Shown here: positions 63,481 to 64,000 of the stretch, piece by piece | Numbering within the stretch: the first letter of the stretch is position 1 | How the letters are laid out: the number at the start of each line of letters is the position of its first letter | The notes under the pieces: generated by a model | The model's input: only the letters and a program-made list of their open reading frames with translations | What the model was told of the DNA's origin: nothing | Database searches by the model: none | Translations under genes and position numbers: made by a program | DNA from: Acidobacteriota bacterium | GTDB lineage: Bacteria > Acidobacteriota > UBA6911 > RPQK01 > G965248645 | Assembly: GCA_965248645.1 (NCBI GenBank) | Contig: OZ252113.1 | Coordinates: 1,782,590 to 1,846,589, forward strand | Length of the DNA stretch: 64,000 bases | Direction: 5' to 3'

Positions 63481-64000
63481 AGATCTCCCAGAAACCCTCG
63501 CCAATGCACCTCCGCTTCACTGATCCTGGCGCTCAGACCCAACACCTCCCGCGTCCCGAAACGATTGACTCCTATGGCTTTCAGGATGGCCACGTCCTGC
63601 ACCCTGCCGCCTCTTCGAACCTTCTCGTAGTGGGCATCCAGATACACGATCGGATACTCTCCCAGCTCCCGGCTTCGAAACTCTTCCAGCTCTTCGTCCA
63701 GCATCCCGGCCACTCTCGAGACCTGGGTGGCAGAGATCTCCAACCCACACAGCTGCTCCGTGATCTCGGTGACTTTCCTCGTCGAGACGCCCATCACATA
63801 CATCTCGGCAATGGCCAGCTTCAGGGCCTTCTCCGAACGGCAACCCCTCTCCAGCGACTTGGGATAAAACCTCAACCCACGCACCTGTGGAATCTCCAAG
63901 TGCAGCTCTCCCACTCGAGTCTGAATCCGCTTGCCTTTGAATCCGTTTCGATAGCCTCGCCGACTGGCTGTTCTCTCGTACGCTTCCGCTCCCAGAAACT
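63481..64000 (-). pseudogene. IS256-family (Mutator-like) transposase, N-terminal portion, interrupted by the IS3 insertion; continues beyond the window edge
   Basis: The sequence ..LHLEIPQVRGLRFYPKS..IAEMYVMGVSTRKVTEITEQLCGLEISATQVSRV..EYPIVYLDAHYEKVRRGGRVQDVAILKAIGVN..EVLGL.. matches the conserved N-terminal half of IS256 transposases. The reading frame runs straight into IS3 sequence at 63480. Confidence 0.7.

Noticed and set aside
1-64000. CRISPR arrays, rRNA genes
   Set aside because: No regularly spaced short direct repeats and no rRNA-like conserved segments were seen anywhere in the window.

Overview
This 64-kb window is a GC-rich (about 55-58% GC) bacterial chromosome segment whose gene content looks like Planctomycetota or Verrucomicrobiota. 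The evidence is two PSD1-type genes (PSCyt/DUF1549/DUF1553), a DUF1501 partner, many twin-arginine signal peptides and several PhyH-type dioxygenases. Housekeeping or metabolic genes are clear: a di-haem cytochrome c peroxidase, a DnaJ/CbpA-like chaperone, CysH-like PAPS reductase, NADP-malic enzyme MaeB, an SDR, a 2-hydroxyacid dehydrogenase, an acyl-CoA dehydrogenase, a MetE-like methionine synthase, a GH116-like hydrolase, an NHL-repeat protein, a creatininase-family protein and a Gfo/Idh/MocA oxidoreductase.

The window is strongly shaped by mobile DNA. Two near-identical IS3-family copies in inverted orientation (3041-4301 and 62220-63480) bracket about 58 kb, and copy B sits inside an IS256-family transposase gene. 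Two near-identical IS1595-family copies lie in direct orientation (about 39539-40566 and 52353-53390); one has a flanking direct repeat and the other does not, and the second abuts two genes. There is also an AT-rich island (46330-47417) carrying two tiny overlapping ORFs, next to a Sel1-repeat protein and a PSD1 gene with no DUF1501 partner.

A striking number of genes are frameshifted or interrupted: a radical SAM/SPASM gene, an enolase-superfamily gene, a FAD oxidoreductase, one of three GHL-like TIM-barrel paralogs, a second B12-binding radical SAM, the IS1595 transposases, and a zinc-ribbon/DUF2007-like gene with an in-frame TAG. A three-member paralog family of TAT-secreted TIM-barrel hydrolase-like proteins sits next to B12-binding radical SAM genes at two loci. 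A diverged 100-300 bp repeat family occurs at three loci.

I found no CRISPR array, no rRNA and no intact tRNA. All family assignments are from reading the translations, not from searches.
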